Positions 14,665-27,329 of a stretch of 64,000 nucleotides of DNA are shown here, piece by piece; the first letter of the stretch is position 1; each line of letters opens with the position of its first letter. The DNA comes from the human T2T-CHM13v2.0 reference genome, Homo sapiens. The stretch lies in the NCBI RefSeq assembly GCF_009914755.1, contig NC_060945.1; one strand, written 5' to 3'. The notes below the pieces were generated by a model, which saw only the letters and a list, made by a program, of their open reading frames with translations, had not been told where the DNA came from and ran no database searches. The position numbers were made by a program, and so were the translations under genes.

Positions 14665-14797
14665 GGAAGATCACTAACTTGCTCTGTGATCCAGACAAAG
14701 TTATTTAATCTACATGGCTTTGTTTTTTTATTGTAAAATAAATAGTTCTAACCAATAATGTCTCTAAAGTACCCTCTTTAACATAAAATTTTATGAT
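14665..14797 (+). mobile_element. MIR remnant
   Basis: CTGTGATCCAGACAAAGTTATTTAATCT...TGTAAAAT MIR core. Confidence 0.55.
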
Positions 14798-14804
14798 CAA
14801 ACTT

Positions 14805-14890
14805 TATTTTTCATTTTTTTATTTGTATAGATTTAAGGGATACACGTGCATTTTTGTAACATGGATATATTGCATAGTGGTGAAGTCTAG
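14805..14890 (-). mobile_element. Short L1PB-like 3' end
   Basis: TTTGTAACATGGATATATTGCATAGTGGTGAAGTC after a T-rich tail. Confidence 0.7.
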
Positions 14891-15134
14891 AAGTGATATA
14901 AATGTTAATCAGAATTAATACATATTTTTGCTCCTTTGAGGGAGTTAAAAAATGAATTAATTTACATATTTTAAAACAATGAGTGCAGAAACAAACAATA
15001 ATTTGTATAGTTTACTAATTAATGTAAACTTAAAAAGGTAATATAAAAAAGCATTCCCAACTTAAGAGATCATCTGATGATAGTCACTATTTCAAATAAT
15101 TTTGCTATGTTTTTTAGTTTCTTCTTTTAAAAGA

Positions 15135-15465
15135 AAATTATTTTTATGAGTACATAGTAAGTGTATATATTAATGGGGGCATGAGATATTTTGCTACAGG
15201 CATGCAATGTGTATTAATCACATCATGGTAAATAGGGTTTCCATAACCTCAAGCATTCATCATTTCTTTGTGTTACAAACATTCCAATTGTAGTCCCTGA
15301 GTTATTCCAAAATGTACAACAAACTATTGCTAACTTTAGTCATCCTGTTGTGCTTTCAAATATTAGATCTTATTCATTGTATCTAACTGTATTTCTAACC
15401 ATTAACTATCTCCATTTTCCACCCCAACTTCCCACTATTCTTTTCAGCCTCTGGTAACCATGATT
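15135..15465 (-). mobile_element. L1MA 3' end
   Basis: GTACATAGTAAGTGTATATATT...CCTCAAGCATT...GCCTCTGGTAACCAT. Confidence 0.85.
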
Positions 15466-16234
15466 TTGCTATTTAGATACACTATTCATCTTTGCCAACT
15501 CACTCATGCTGGAGCTCTATTTATACTCCCAAACATAGTTTATCCAATAACAGCAAAATGTCATTTAGTTGTTGAACTACCCAATCCCCACATAAATTTT
15601 TGTCAAAGTTGCATTTTTAAAAGTGATTGACCATTGATTTTTTTTTCAAATATTTTCTTCACTTGGATCACAAGCAACAACCAGCCAGTGGAAAGTTTTG
15701 CAAAATTCTTGGCTTTCTGTACCAACCTAAGAGCAGATGGATATTTCCCCACTACAGATGAAACAAATGTTTCTTTTTGGATAGGTTTTCCCATTAAACA
15801 AACTTTTGCCATTGAAATCTATGTTTAGATTTGGTCCGTTGGGACATCACAAAGTTAAATAGATGCTTGCTGAAATATGTTTCATTTTTGCTGACTCAGA
15901 AACATGTTAATTGTTCTGTGAATTTAGTAACAATCAACAAGTATTATTTTAAAATAATTACTTTGTCAAAAGATGATACTTCTGATGTTTGATTAGTTTT
16001 GGCATATGAGGTAGGCTTCAATCTTACTGAAATTACTTAAGCTATCTGCATTTCTTTTCCCTGAATATGAATGAGTCTTTTCAACGTTTTTGGTGATGAA
16101 CAGGATCACACTCTGCTCAAATCTGTTCAAAGAGAAGTCCAAGACTAGCAAAACACGTAACTGTTACTTAATTTAAAAGGCAAAACAAAACAAAACAAAA
16201 CAAAATCTTTCAAAAGTTCACACCTATATTTATT

Positions 16235-16342
16235 TTGGGCAATTTGCCCCTTCTTGACCTCAGTTTCCTGTGTGTAAAATGATGAGTTTGCATTAAATGA
16301 TTTGCAAAGTCTCTCCAGCCCTTAATTTCTAGGACTCTGTGA
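16235..16342 (+). mobile_element. MIR3/MIR remnant
   Basis: CCTCAGTTTCCTGTGTGTAAAATG. Confidence 0.65.
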
Positions 16343-16959
16343 CCCCATTTACAAGCCTCACTAAGCTAATCTACCACAGATGTATTCTTACTCACTTTCA
16401 GTGCCAATAAACATTAGCATTGGGAAACAGCTAATAACAAGCTAATGTTTCTGATGGTGCAAACAGAGATTGATATAAATGAAAGCACAGTTTGGTTCTC
16501 ACTAGATAGAACTGAATTTGTTTAGTCATTCTTTTTGTTACCCATTACATATAAAGTTGGAATTCCCACCTAAGTTCAGTGTATTATGCCTGTTCTCTTT
16601 TCCATCTCCACTTTACTTTTGATTGTCTATCATATTCTGTAGATTCAAATGAGTTGAGAAAAGTACTGGTTTAAGGAAAGAATCATTTGTTCTTGTCCAC
16701 ACCTCATATCTTCTCTTTTCCCGTACCCAAATGCTCTGATGCCCCATGTATGGTTATAAGGCATATGCTTCTTAGAAGTCAATGTGGTTACAAGTTAAGA
16801 ATGAAATGACACATGGCTAACCCTGCTTTTGCATTTTGCCTTCAACATATCCATTCTCTCCTTCTCCTTTGTCAGTAAACCTCATCAGACAAAAATATTT
16901 CCAATCTCAGAAAATTAAATCAGTCAAGATAATGCTTTCTCTTTCCAGAAACTATGAAA

Positions 16960-17750
16960 TGTGCCCATCTCTCTTGCTCTGTGACTTAGTTATAGACAAT
17001 AAGAGTAACAGGTAAGTCTGCTGAAGAACTGTGGGGCTGGCTTTACCTTCCCTAATGAAGGGAACCTTGATATACACCCCACTGACTTCTCCCTTCTCGT
17101 TTTGATACCTATAGTTGTAGTCACCATCTTGTGATCATAAAGAAAGGCCAAGAGAAAAATAGATGTAAAGAAGGCCTCACGCCATTGAATAGCTGAACCA
17201 AAATTACAACAACCATTCATATCTAAACTTTTCTTCATATCAGAGAAAATCAAGACATTTGTTTGTAGAAGATGCAGTGCTGGACGTCCTAGATATCCCC
17301 ATCAGGATTGAGATAGTTATTCTCCCAGCCGCTATGAAGATTATGTGTTGATATCTCTCAGAGGTCAAGACCTCCTCCAGAATTATTATCAGCTGAGGAA
17401 TGCTTCCCCATCTAAGGAGATGTGTCCTTCTTGGGGAAACCCACATCTAATGACTATTTGGTAGGGAAATATAACAATCTGAGTGACTCTCCTCAAAACA
17501 GGATAACTCTGAAGGGCCCTCTCTTCTGTGAGGCATCCCTCAAACTTGGCTGGTCCTTGTTATAGATAAAACTCACTCCAACTTTCCTTCTACCCAGAGT
17601 TCTGCTTCCTTAATTTCCCCTAAGGTGAAGCTTCTGAGAACACTCCCTGTGAAAAATTCTAACACTAGTCTCTGTCTCACAGCTTCTGACAGAAAGCAAA
17701 TTACAATATTGTATAATGTACTTTTAGATTTTCTGTTATTTGTGGCCAAA
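16960..17750 (+). mobile_element. Old MLT1K/L-like LTR with a nested LTR16-like ERVL LTR at about 17265-17690
   Basis: MLT1-like CACCATCTTGTGATCAT and GATTTTCTGTTATTTGTGGCCAAAA. LTR16-like GGATAACTCTGAAGGGCC...TTCTGCTTCCTT...GAGAACACTCCCTG. Confidence 0.55.
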
Positions 17751-17756
17751 ATTATT

Positions 17757-18026
<270 letters not shown>

Positions 18027-18144
18027 CCAAAATTATTCCTAACTTGCACGTAAGTATACAAGCAAATTGGGAGACTGGTAAAACTAACTGGCAGACTCCC
18101 ACAAAAGAGACTTTGTAGTGTGATGAAAACACATGATCTTTCCT

Positions 18145-18425
18145 GAAGGTTGGGTTCAAATCCAGGCCTAGTCGCTTGCCAGCAAGGTAAAGTTAAGCAA
18201 AATATATAAGCCTATTTTAGTCTTGTTTTCCTTAAGTGTTAAGAGAACTAATAATACTTTCATTATTTATTTAATTTTATAATTTCTGGTGACTAATAAG
18301 GAGGTAATATACAATGCATCCAACACATACAATCATTTGTTGAAAATTCTTTGTGAGGACTCAAAAAAGTAACACATAAATAGCATCTAACACGTATAGT
18401 TTCCACTCTATAAATAGTAGCTATG
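18145..18425 (+). mobile_element. MIR remnants
   Basis: GGGTTCAAATCCAGGC...TTGTGAGGACTCAAA...GCATCTAACAC. Confidence 0.55.
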
Positions 18426-18429
18426 CTAG

Positions 18430-18731
<302 letters not shown>

Positions 18732-19110
18732 ACTAGTGTATTAATTTTAAAATTGTATTTATGAATGACACAAGTCTAAAAATATATTTCCAGATTTGAG
18801 TACCTAATAGTCTATTATATAAATAGCTGGTTTGCATTTATTATCTTTCATATTTCCACTTCATTTAAAAAGTACATACATGTGACCCAGGGTAGCCACT
18901 GGGATTTATGAAGAGGCAAAAGTGGGGAGATTTGAGAATTTAGGAATGTCAGGAGTGGGCATACACAGAGCTATCTCTGGGCACCCTCACCCACTTTGCA
19001 CAGGCTTTTGCACAGTGGATGATTGTGCTCCTGGAAGAGATCCAGGGAGCACAAAGTACGAGACCTGCTTCTGCCCAAGAGGATCAGAAACTGAGACCTA
19101 TGTGGGTCTC

Positions 19111-21314
19111 AGGGGATGGTACTAAACCACTCGTGAGAAATTCACCACCATAATCTCATCACCTCCCACCAGGCCCCACCTCCAAAACTGGGGATTATAT
19201 TTCAACATGAGATGTGGGTGTGAACACAGATTCGAACTATATCATTCTTCCCATGGCCCCTCCCAAATCTCATGTCTGTCTTACATTTCAGAATACAAAT
19301 ATGCCTTCCCAATCATCTCCCAAAGTCTCAACTCATTCCAGCGTTAACTCAAAGACCAAAATTCAAAGTCTCATCTGAAACAAGGTAAGTCCCTTCTACC
19401 TATGAGCCAGTAAAATAAAAATAAAATTCTAAAAATTAAAAAAAAAAACAAGTTAGTCACTTCTAAGACACAATGATGGTACAAGCATTGGGTAAACACT
19501 CTTATTCCAAAACGGAGGAATCAGCTAAAAGAAAGGGGCTACAGGTCTTATGCAAATCTGAAACTCAGCACAGTAGTCATTACATCTTAAAGCTTCAAAC
19601 CAATATCCTCAGACTACATGTCTCACATCCAGGGCACACTGATACAGGGGTGGGCTCCTAAGATCTTGCCCAAGTGCCACCCCTCTGGATTTGTAGGATT
19701 CTGCCCCAGAGGTTGCTCTCACAGGTTGTTATGTGCCTGCAGCTTTTCCACAGCAAGGGTGCAAACTGCCAGTGGATCTACCCAGTCTGGAGGATGGTGA
19801 CCTTCTTCCACAGCTCAACCAATGAGAACTCTGTCTGTGGGATCTGACCCACATTTTCCCTCTGTACTACCCTGGTAGAAGTTTTCCATGAGGACTCTGC
19901 CACTTCAGCAGGCTTCTGCCTGGACACCTAGGCTTTTCTATACATCCTAGGAAATGTATGCAGAGGTTCCCAAGCCTCAAACACTCTTGCATTCTGTGCA
20001 CCTACAAAGTAAACACCATGTAGAAGCCACCAACACTTATGGCTTGCACCCTCTGGTGCTGTGGCCTAAGCTGTTCCTGGACTACTTTGAGCCACTGCTG
20101 GAGCTGAAGCTGACAGGATACAGGGAGCCATGTCCTAAGGCTGTGCAGGGCAGCAGGGCCCTGGGCATGGCCCACAAAACCATTCTCTCCTCCTAGGCCT
20201 CAGGGCCTGTGATGGAAAAAGCTGCCCCTTAGATCTCTGAAATACCTTCCAGGCCTTTTTTCCCATTGTCTTGGCTAGCAGCACTTGCTTTCTTTTCACT
20301 AATGCAAATTTCCACAGCAAGTGGTCACTCAGCAACCTACTTGAATTTTCCCTGAAAATGAGGTTTTCTCTTCTACTATATGAACAGGCTTCAAAATTTC
20401 CAAACTTTTACAATTTGCTTCCATTTTAAATATAAGTTCTAGCTTTAAATCATTTATTTGCTCCTGCATATGAGTATAGGCTGTTAGAAGCAGCCATACC
20501 ACATCTTGAATGCTTTGCTGCTTAGAAATTTCTTCTTCGAGATACCCTAAATCATTACTCTTAAATCCAAAGTTCCACAGATCCCTAGGGTGGGGGCATA
20601 ATGCAACCAAGTTCTTCACTAAGGCATAACAAAAGTGACCTTTGCTCCAGGTCCCAGTAAGTTGTTTATTTCCATCTGAGACCTTGGTAGCCTGGACTTC
20701 ACTGTTTACATCACTATCATTATTTCTGTCACCATCAGTTAACCAATGTCTAAGATGTTCTAGTTTTCTTCATCTTCCTGTCTTCTGAGCTCTCCAAACT
20801 CTTCCAACCTCTACCTGTTACTCAATTCCAAAGTTGCTTCCACATTTTCAGGTATCTTTATAGCAATGTCCCACTCCTCGGTACCAATTTTCTGTATCAG
20901 ACCATTCTAATATTGTTATAAAGAAATACCTGACACTGAGTGATTTATAAGAAAAGAGGTTCAATTGGCTCATGATTATACAGGCTTTACAGAATGCACT
21001 GCAGCATCTGCTTCTGGAAAGGCCTCAGGAAGCTTCCAATCATGGCAGAAGGTGAAAAGGGAGCAGGTGTGTCTATCACATGGTGAAAGCAGGAGCAAGA
21101 ACAAGAGTGGGGGAGGTGCCAAATACTTTTAAACAAAATAATCTTCTGATAACTCATTCACTATCAGGAGGACGGTACAAAGAGGATGATGCTAAACCAT
21201 TCATGAGAAATCCACCCCCATGATCCAATCACCTACCACCAGGCCCCAACTCCAACATTGGGAATTACGTTTCAACATGAGATTTGGGTGAGGACACATA
21301 TTCAAACTATATCA
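19111..21314 (-). mobile_element. MSTA MaLR provirus: full 5' LTR 20893-21314, MST-int 19245-20892, truncated 3' LTR 19111-19244
   Basis: Two homologous LTR ends (CCAGGCCCCA..TCCAA..CAACATGAGAT..AACTATATCA) flank a 1.65-kb MaLR internal region. MSTA diagnostic GGATGATGCTAAACCATTCATGAGAAATCC. ORF 20329-20619 resembles the degenerate MaLR ORF. Confidence 0.92.
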
Positions 21315-21874
21315 CTGACCTTGAAGCCACTTAATTCCTTTATGCATGCCACCATGCTGTGCATGTAATAGTGAAGACTTAATTCTTCCTCTGAGTCATG
21401 AGAACTGCAGGGGCCAAAATATCAAAAATCATCTTTCACTTTTTATATTAAAACCAAAAAACAGGTTTCAGGAGGGTCATGTCTTAGAGTCTAGGGAAAG
21501 AAATGCTGTAAATTTTACTATGGATACAATGCTGACCAGAAAAAAAAAAAAAACTGTTGAAAAAGTGAAGCTCATTCACTGTAGCTGATGTGGCCCCAGT
21601 TGCTGTGTAATTTGCTTGTAAAACAAATAAATTTTCTCTTCCCTCAAGAATTTATGGTCTGATGGAGAAGGGAATCATTAAAGTTCTATGTAGTGAGATA
21701 TCCCCAAGGGGTGTATTAGGCTTACCACCACTGGAATCTGGATAGATGAAGACAGAGTGGCAGGGAAGTCGTATTAAGGTTCTGTTTCTGCTGGGAGCCA
21801 CAGGTCCTCAGGAAGCAACAAGTACTGGGCAGATTGATACTGTAGCTGGGCTCTAGCTCTATACCTCTAGAATA

Positions 21875-22046
21875 AAGGTTACAAACTAGCAACTTGAAAG
21901 CTAAACCTGGCCCACAGATATGTTTTATTTGGCTCTTACACTGTTTTAAAAAATATTACCAACATTTAAAACTGGGAAGTTTTATGAAAAAACCCAGACT
22001 TCTGGATTCTGTTGAAAAAAAAAATCAGAAGATCTGGCAATACTGA
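21875..22046 (+). mobile_element. MER103-like hAT-Charlie remnant
   Basis: CTGGCCCACAGATATGTTTTATTTGGC...CCAACATTTAAAA...AATCAGAAGATCTGGCAATACTG. Confidence 0.65.
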
Positions 22047-22300
22047 GCTGACATTCCTATATGACAACAATTGGCTGGATCTATGCAGCTTCTCTCCAAA
22101 AAGCAAAGAATGTGTTCTTGCTTAACACAGTCCCCACCACTCCCTCATATTCTCCAATCCTGGACCTGAGCGTCATTTGCTATGTATCGCCATTTGCCAT
22201 GAAGTTTTACACTCTACAGAAATATAATTTTTTTGTAGAAGACTATGCTTTAATCAAGATCAGGATAATATAAAGTGAGATCTGAAAGTGGAAAAAAGAT

Positions 22301-22711
22301 AAATGTCCAACAATGATAGACTGGATTAAGAAAATGTGGCACATATACACCGTGGAGTACTATGCAGCCAAAAAAAACGATGAGTTCATGTCCTTTGTAG
22401 GGACATGGATGAAGCTGGAAACCACCATTCTCAGCAAACTATCGCAAGGACAAAAAACCAAACGCCGCATGTTCTCACTCATAGGTGGGAATTGAACAAT
22501 GAGAACACTTGGGCACAGGAAGGGGAACATCACACACCGGGCCCTGTTGTGGGGTGGGGGGAGGAGGGAGGGATAGCATTTGGAGATATACCTAATGTTA
22601 AATGACTAGTTTCTGGGTGCAGCACACCATCATGGCACATGTATACATATGTAACTAACCTGCACATTGTGCACATGTACCCTAAAACTTAAAGTATAAT
22701 TTTTAAAAAAA
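22301..22711 (+). mobile_element. L1PA3/L1PA4 5'-truncated 3' end
   Basis: Encodes the ORF2 C-terminus (DWIKKMWHIYT...MFSLIGGN) and the G-rich 3' UTR, ending CCTAAAACTTAAAGTATAAT. TSD AAAAAAGAT on both sides. Confidence 0.95.
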
Positions 22712-22816
22712 GATATTTTCTTATCTAGGTGAGAAACAATCATATACATTTAATGCTTTTTAATTTGCATTATCGATCTAGCCCTGAATCAGGGGAAAAT
22801 CCTCACTCTTTCTTGA

Positions 22817-23157
<341 letters not shown>

Positions 23158-23194
23158 AGATGACCCTTCTTTAACTACATAATATTGACTATGG

Positions 23195-23251
23195 AATAGG
23201 CCTTGGCATGTAATAAGCGAATGAATGAATGAATGAATGAATGAATGAATG
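23195..23251 (+). repeat. (GAAT)n microsatellite, likely an L2 3' tail
   Basis: About eight GAAT units preceded by CCTTGGCATGTAATAAGCG. Confidence 0.75.
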
Positions 23252-23861
23252 AGTTAGAACAGAAAATAATCGAATACCAACCCATTTCTCACACCGCATA
23301 AATCATGAAGGTTCTGAGGAAGGCTCTCTGATCTTTAGGTTGTAAAAGAAACGTGTATATTTTAAATCTCTGCAGGGATATTGACACCTCTCCACCAGCT
23401 GAGAACACCACACAAAATGTGATGGATCTTTGTTTCCAAAAGATGCCCATTACATTCTTTTATAATATCAACCAACAGGGACTTTGAAGGACATGTCCCA
23501 GGAATTTATAATTGAACTTGTCCTGTTCAGTTTTTTTTAAATCAAGAGCTAATAAAGACATGGACAATTTTCTTAACATATTTTTAGGTGACAGTATTTG
23601 GGGAAAGAATGCCTCCAAGCTAGATTGCAGGTTCAGTTTCCAAGACTAGAATTTTAACCACACCACTGATTTAGTTTGTAGGTTCAGTCCACACCATAAA
23701 TGGAGATTTAAAAAAATAAAATACAGGAAACGAGAGACACGACTCAAGAAGAGAACCCTTAAAAAATATGTGGGGAAAAGCCCAACAGAAATGAATGGTG
23801 TCATATGGCCTTCAAGAAAACCTAAATAATGTTAAGGTATTAATAGACATATAGAATTTAA

Positions 23862-24711
23862 GGCTGGGCATGGTGGTTTATGCCTATAATCCCAGCATTT
23901 TGGGAGGCCCAGGTGGAATGATCATTTGAGCCTAGTAGTTCAAAAATGGCCTGGGCAATATAGTGAGAACTTGTCTCTGCAACAAATTAAATAATTAACT
24001 GTGATGGTTAGTATTGAGTGTCAACTTGATTGGATTGAAGGATGCAAAGTATTGTTTCTGGGTGTGTCTGTGCAGGTGTTGCCAAAGGAGATTATTATTT
24101 GAGTCAGAGGACTGGGAGAAGCAGACCTACCCTCGATCTGGGTGGGTGTCATCTAGTCAGCTGCCAGTGTGGCTAGAATGAAGCAGGCAGAAGTTGGAAA
24201 GAGCAGACCTGCTGAGTCTTCTGGCCCTCACCGTTCTCCCGTGCTGGATTCTTCTGGCCCTCAAACATCAGACTCCACGTTCTTCAGCTTTTGGACTCAT
24301 GGACTTACACCAGTGGTGTGCCAGGGCCTCTTGAGCCTTTGGTCACAGACTGAAGGCTACACTGTCAGCTTCTCTAATTTTGAGGTTTTGGGACTCAGAC
24401 TGATCCACCACTGGCTTCCTTGCTCCTCAACTTGCAGATGGCTTCTCACGGGACTTGACTTTATGATCATGTGAGTCAATTTTCCTTAATAAACTCCCTT
24501 TCATATATACACATATTGTATTAGTTCTGTCCCTCTAGAAAATCCTGACTAATACATTAGCCAAGCATGGTGGCATGTGACTGTAGTCCCAGTTGCTCAG
24601 GAGGGTGAGGTGGGAAGATTGCTTAAGCCTGGGTGGCAGAGGCTGCAGTGAACTGAAACCAACCACTGCCCTCCAGCCTGGGTGACAGAGCTCAAAAAAA
24701 AAAAAAAAAAA
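23862..24711 (+). mobile_element. AluJ split by MLT2A2 (left arm 23862-23999, right arm 24557-24711)
   Basis: J diagnostics TTGAGCCTAGTAGTTC, CCTGGGCAATATAGTGAGA, GATTGCTTAAGCC and GGCTGCAGTGA. Poly-A tail. Confidence 0.9.
24000..24556 (+). mobile_element. MLT2A2 solo LTR (HERV-L)
   Basis: TGTGATGGTTAGTATTGAGTGTCAACTTG...CCTGACTAATACA. TSD TTAAC (23995-23999) / TTAGC (24557-24561). Confidence 0.92.
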
Positions 24712-24811
24712 GAAATGTAAAGTGCTAGCCCTTCCACACTGTGTACGTGTCAAACCTTTTCCAGTTGGTATTTTCACATCTTAGTATTGCAAATGTTGGT
24801 ATGCATGCACA

Positions 24812-24877
24812 TGTGTTGTGTGTGTGCTGGTGGTAGTGGTGGTGGTGGTGGGGTGTGTGTGTGTGTGTGTGTGTGTG
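24812..24877. repeat. Compound (TGG)n(TG)n microsatellite
   Basis: Seen directly in sequence. Confidence 0.9.
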
Positions 24878-25374
24878 AAAAAGGCAATACAGGAATGGCA
24901 GAAGCAGAAATACGGAGTCAAAATCATGTCATAGGAAAAACATTATGTAAATTGGGATTTATTACTTGCACAAATGATACGAAAGCCATGCATAAGTTTT
25001 ATTCAAAAGGATGATTAGGTTTAGAGTAATTGGATCTATTTCCTCTGTAGCTCTGAGAGGTAAAAGTAATATTAAAGAACAAAAGTTTAACATAAGAAAT
25101 TTTTTTTCAAAATGGAATCATCCCCTCACCTAAAATAAATAGATAAAATAGACTATCAAAGGGAAATCATTTGTTGTTACTACCCTTTTCTTGCCCAATC
25201 GAGGCTTGGAGAAGTATCAGACTATATGATATTTAAGATCCCTCCCATCACTGGGAACTTGTCATTTGATGGAAATAAAAAATGAAAGAAAAATGTTTGG
25301 TCCTCAACCTTTTAAATCCAGACACTTGATGATTGTTACCACTTTACGTCAGATCGACCTTACTTTCATGGAAA

Positions 25375-25752
25375 ATTGTCATTTTTTGGCCACTCAGCAT
25401 CCAAACGAACTTTCTCTTTCTGAGATATTTACTCCCATTACCTCCCAACAGACTTGGCCAATAAGATGTTCCTGCCTAAGACTTTGAATCTGGAATGGGG
25501 AACACAGAGAACATGAGCAACGAAGAATTATTCACAGCACAGCACAGCAGTGCTGACAGCATCGACAGTCCTGTGGTGCCAGCAAGAATCCAAAAGAAGT
25601 GTCCTACATAAATTCCCTTAATCACTGACCATTTAATGAGGCTGATTCAGCCTCATACAAATTTTGTATGCTTCTTCATACAATTTTTAATTGTGCTGTA
25701 AAAGTTAACCAGAGACAATTTCTGTTGCTTGCACACAGTAAGTTGACTAAGC
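25375..25752 (+). mobile_element. LTR33-like old ERVL LTR
   Basis: TTTTTGGCCACTCAGCATCC start and CCAGAGACAATTTCTGTTGCTTGCA...CTAA end. Confidence 0.45.
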
Positions 25753-26634
25753 AAAAAAATTCAGGAGAGATTATTTTATAGAAGTCAATGCAAATGCATT
25801 AATTTACAAGAAGTGAAACTGCAAGTTCACTTTGCTGCCTTATGGCCAGCATATTCTCTTACAAGGGAAGTCTATATGGCAATCTGTGTTATGATCAGAA
25901 GATTTGGGAAAGATGGAATCTGTGAGAGAGTTTTATGACACACGGTTACAACTGATCACAGGATCAAACACTAAAACTCCAATATATATATTTATTCTTA
26001 TTAGCAAAGCTTTTATGCTATGGAGGAAAAAGAAAAAGAAATAAGAAATTCTGAGTTTCTCTAAACTTCCAGTATGTGGATGAGTTAAAAACTATGTCAT
26101 CTTGGATTCCCCATTTTAAATATTTCATAATAATGCATTATAATTGGTACATGTTAATATCAATTTTTTCTTTTGCTGTTTTTGAAGTGGTGTGAATCAC
26201 CTGTAACAAGGTTTCCTTATCATCCATTTAATTATTGTCCTATAATATACTTTTCAATACAGCAACTACTTTTTATGTTTTGGGATTACTTTTACTATTG
26301 TTAGATAAAACCTATGGTTGATTGTGTGCCTCTAGAAGAACTTCAAAAGTACAATATAAATCTTGCTAACAATAACTCATTATGGTCAGTGGTTTTTCAG
26401 GATAGTTATTTATCTCAACTACTCATGATGTGAATGTCTTTTAAAATTTGAATAATTGCCCTCTCTGTCAGATACAATATTATTATATTTTTACTGATTA
26501 CATTAAGAATTAGGCAAGATTAAAATTTTCTTTTTGCACCATCATTACTTCTTAAGAACTTAACTGTTGTTGAACAAATAGTACGTGTGTCAGTTATTAA
26601 ATGTAGTCTAAATTCATGAAATAAGAATGTACAT

Positions 26635-26870
26635 ATAGCATAGTGGGAAAAACACAGGTTTTAGAATCATATACCATAGAGTTATGTTTCAGTAGTGCTA
26701 CTAATGTATTCTTTGACCCTACGTCAGTCAGCAAACACAACTGAAATCAAGTGGTAACTCTATGTTCCTCCTTTGTGTAATAAGTATTTTTACATGTTTG
26801 AGATCAAATGATATAGTGTGTTAAAATTATTTATAAGCTAAAATATTTTATAAATAATAGCTGTACTTAT
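26635..26870 (+). mobile_element. MIR remnant
   Basis: AGCATAGTGGGAAAAACACAGGTTTTAGAATCA...GAGATCAAATGATATAGTGTG. Confidence 0.55.
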
Positions 26871-27329
26871 TAAAAATTAGAGATTAATAAGTTGTTACAT
26901 AAAACACACGTAAGCGATTCAATGTTAGGAAAATATATTTAGCTTTCTCAAAATTTTATTTCATAAAGCAAAGTTTCCTACATTAACTATCCAGCTATCT
27001 GTTGTGTTTTTCATCATCATCACAAATGGATTCAGACTGGCTACCATATAAAAACACTCATAAATTCTAGGAATGCCAGAAGTTCCTGTCCTCAACTATC
27101 TAATTGTATTCTTTAGATAACTTCACATATTATGAAGATAAATAACTAGCGATACAGCAGAACCCATGGTAAATAGCACTGAGTCATGCAGTTAATGAGC
27201 ATAATGTGGACAGAAGAGAAAATCACTGTTGCTTCTGTCCCTTGGAGCAGGTGGACTTCAGCTGAAACTTGAGGGAATACTGTCCATTCTGTTTAGGAAG
27301 CATTGCTAGGAAGAGTGTATTGCCAGCTG

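Noticed and set aside
22550-22573. G-rich tract as a novel G4
   Set aside because: Standard L1PA 3' UTR G-tract.
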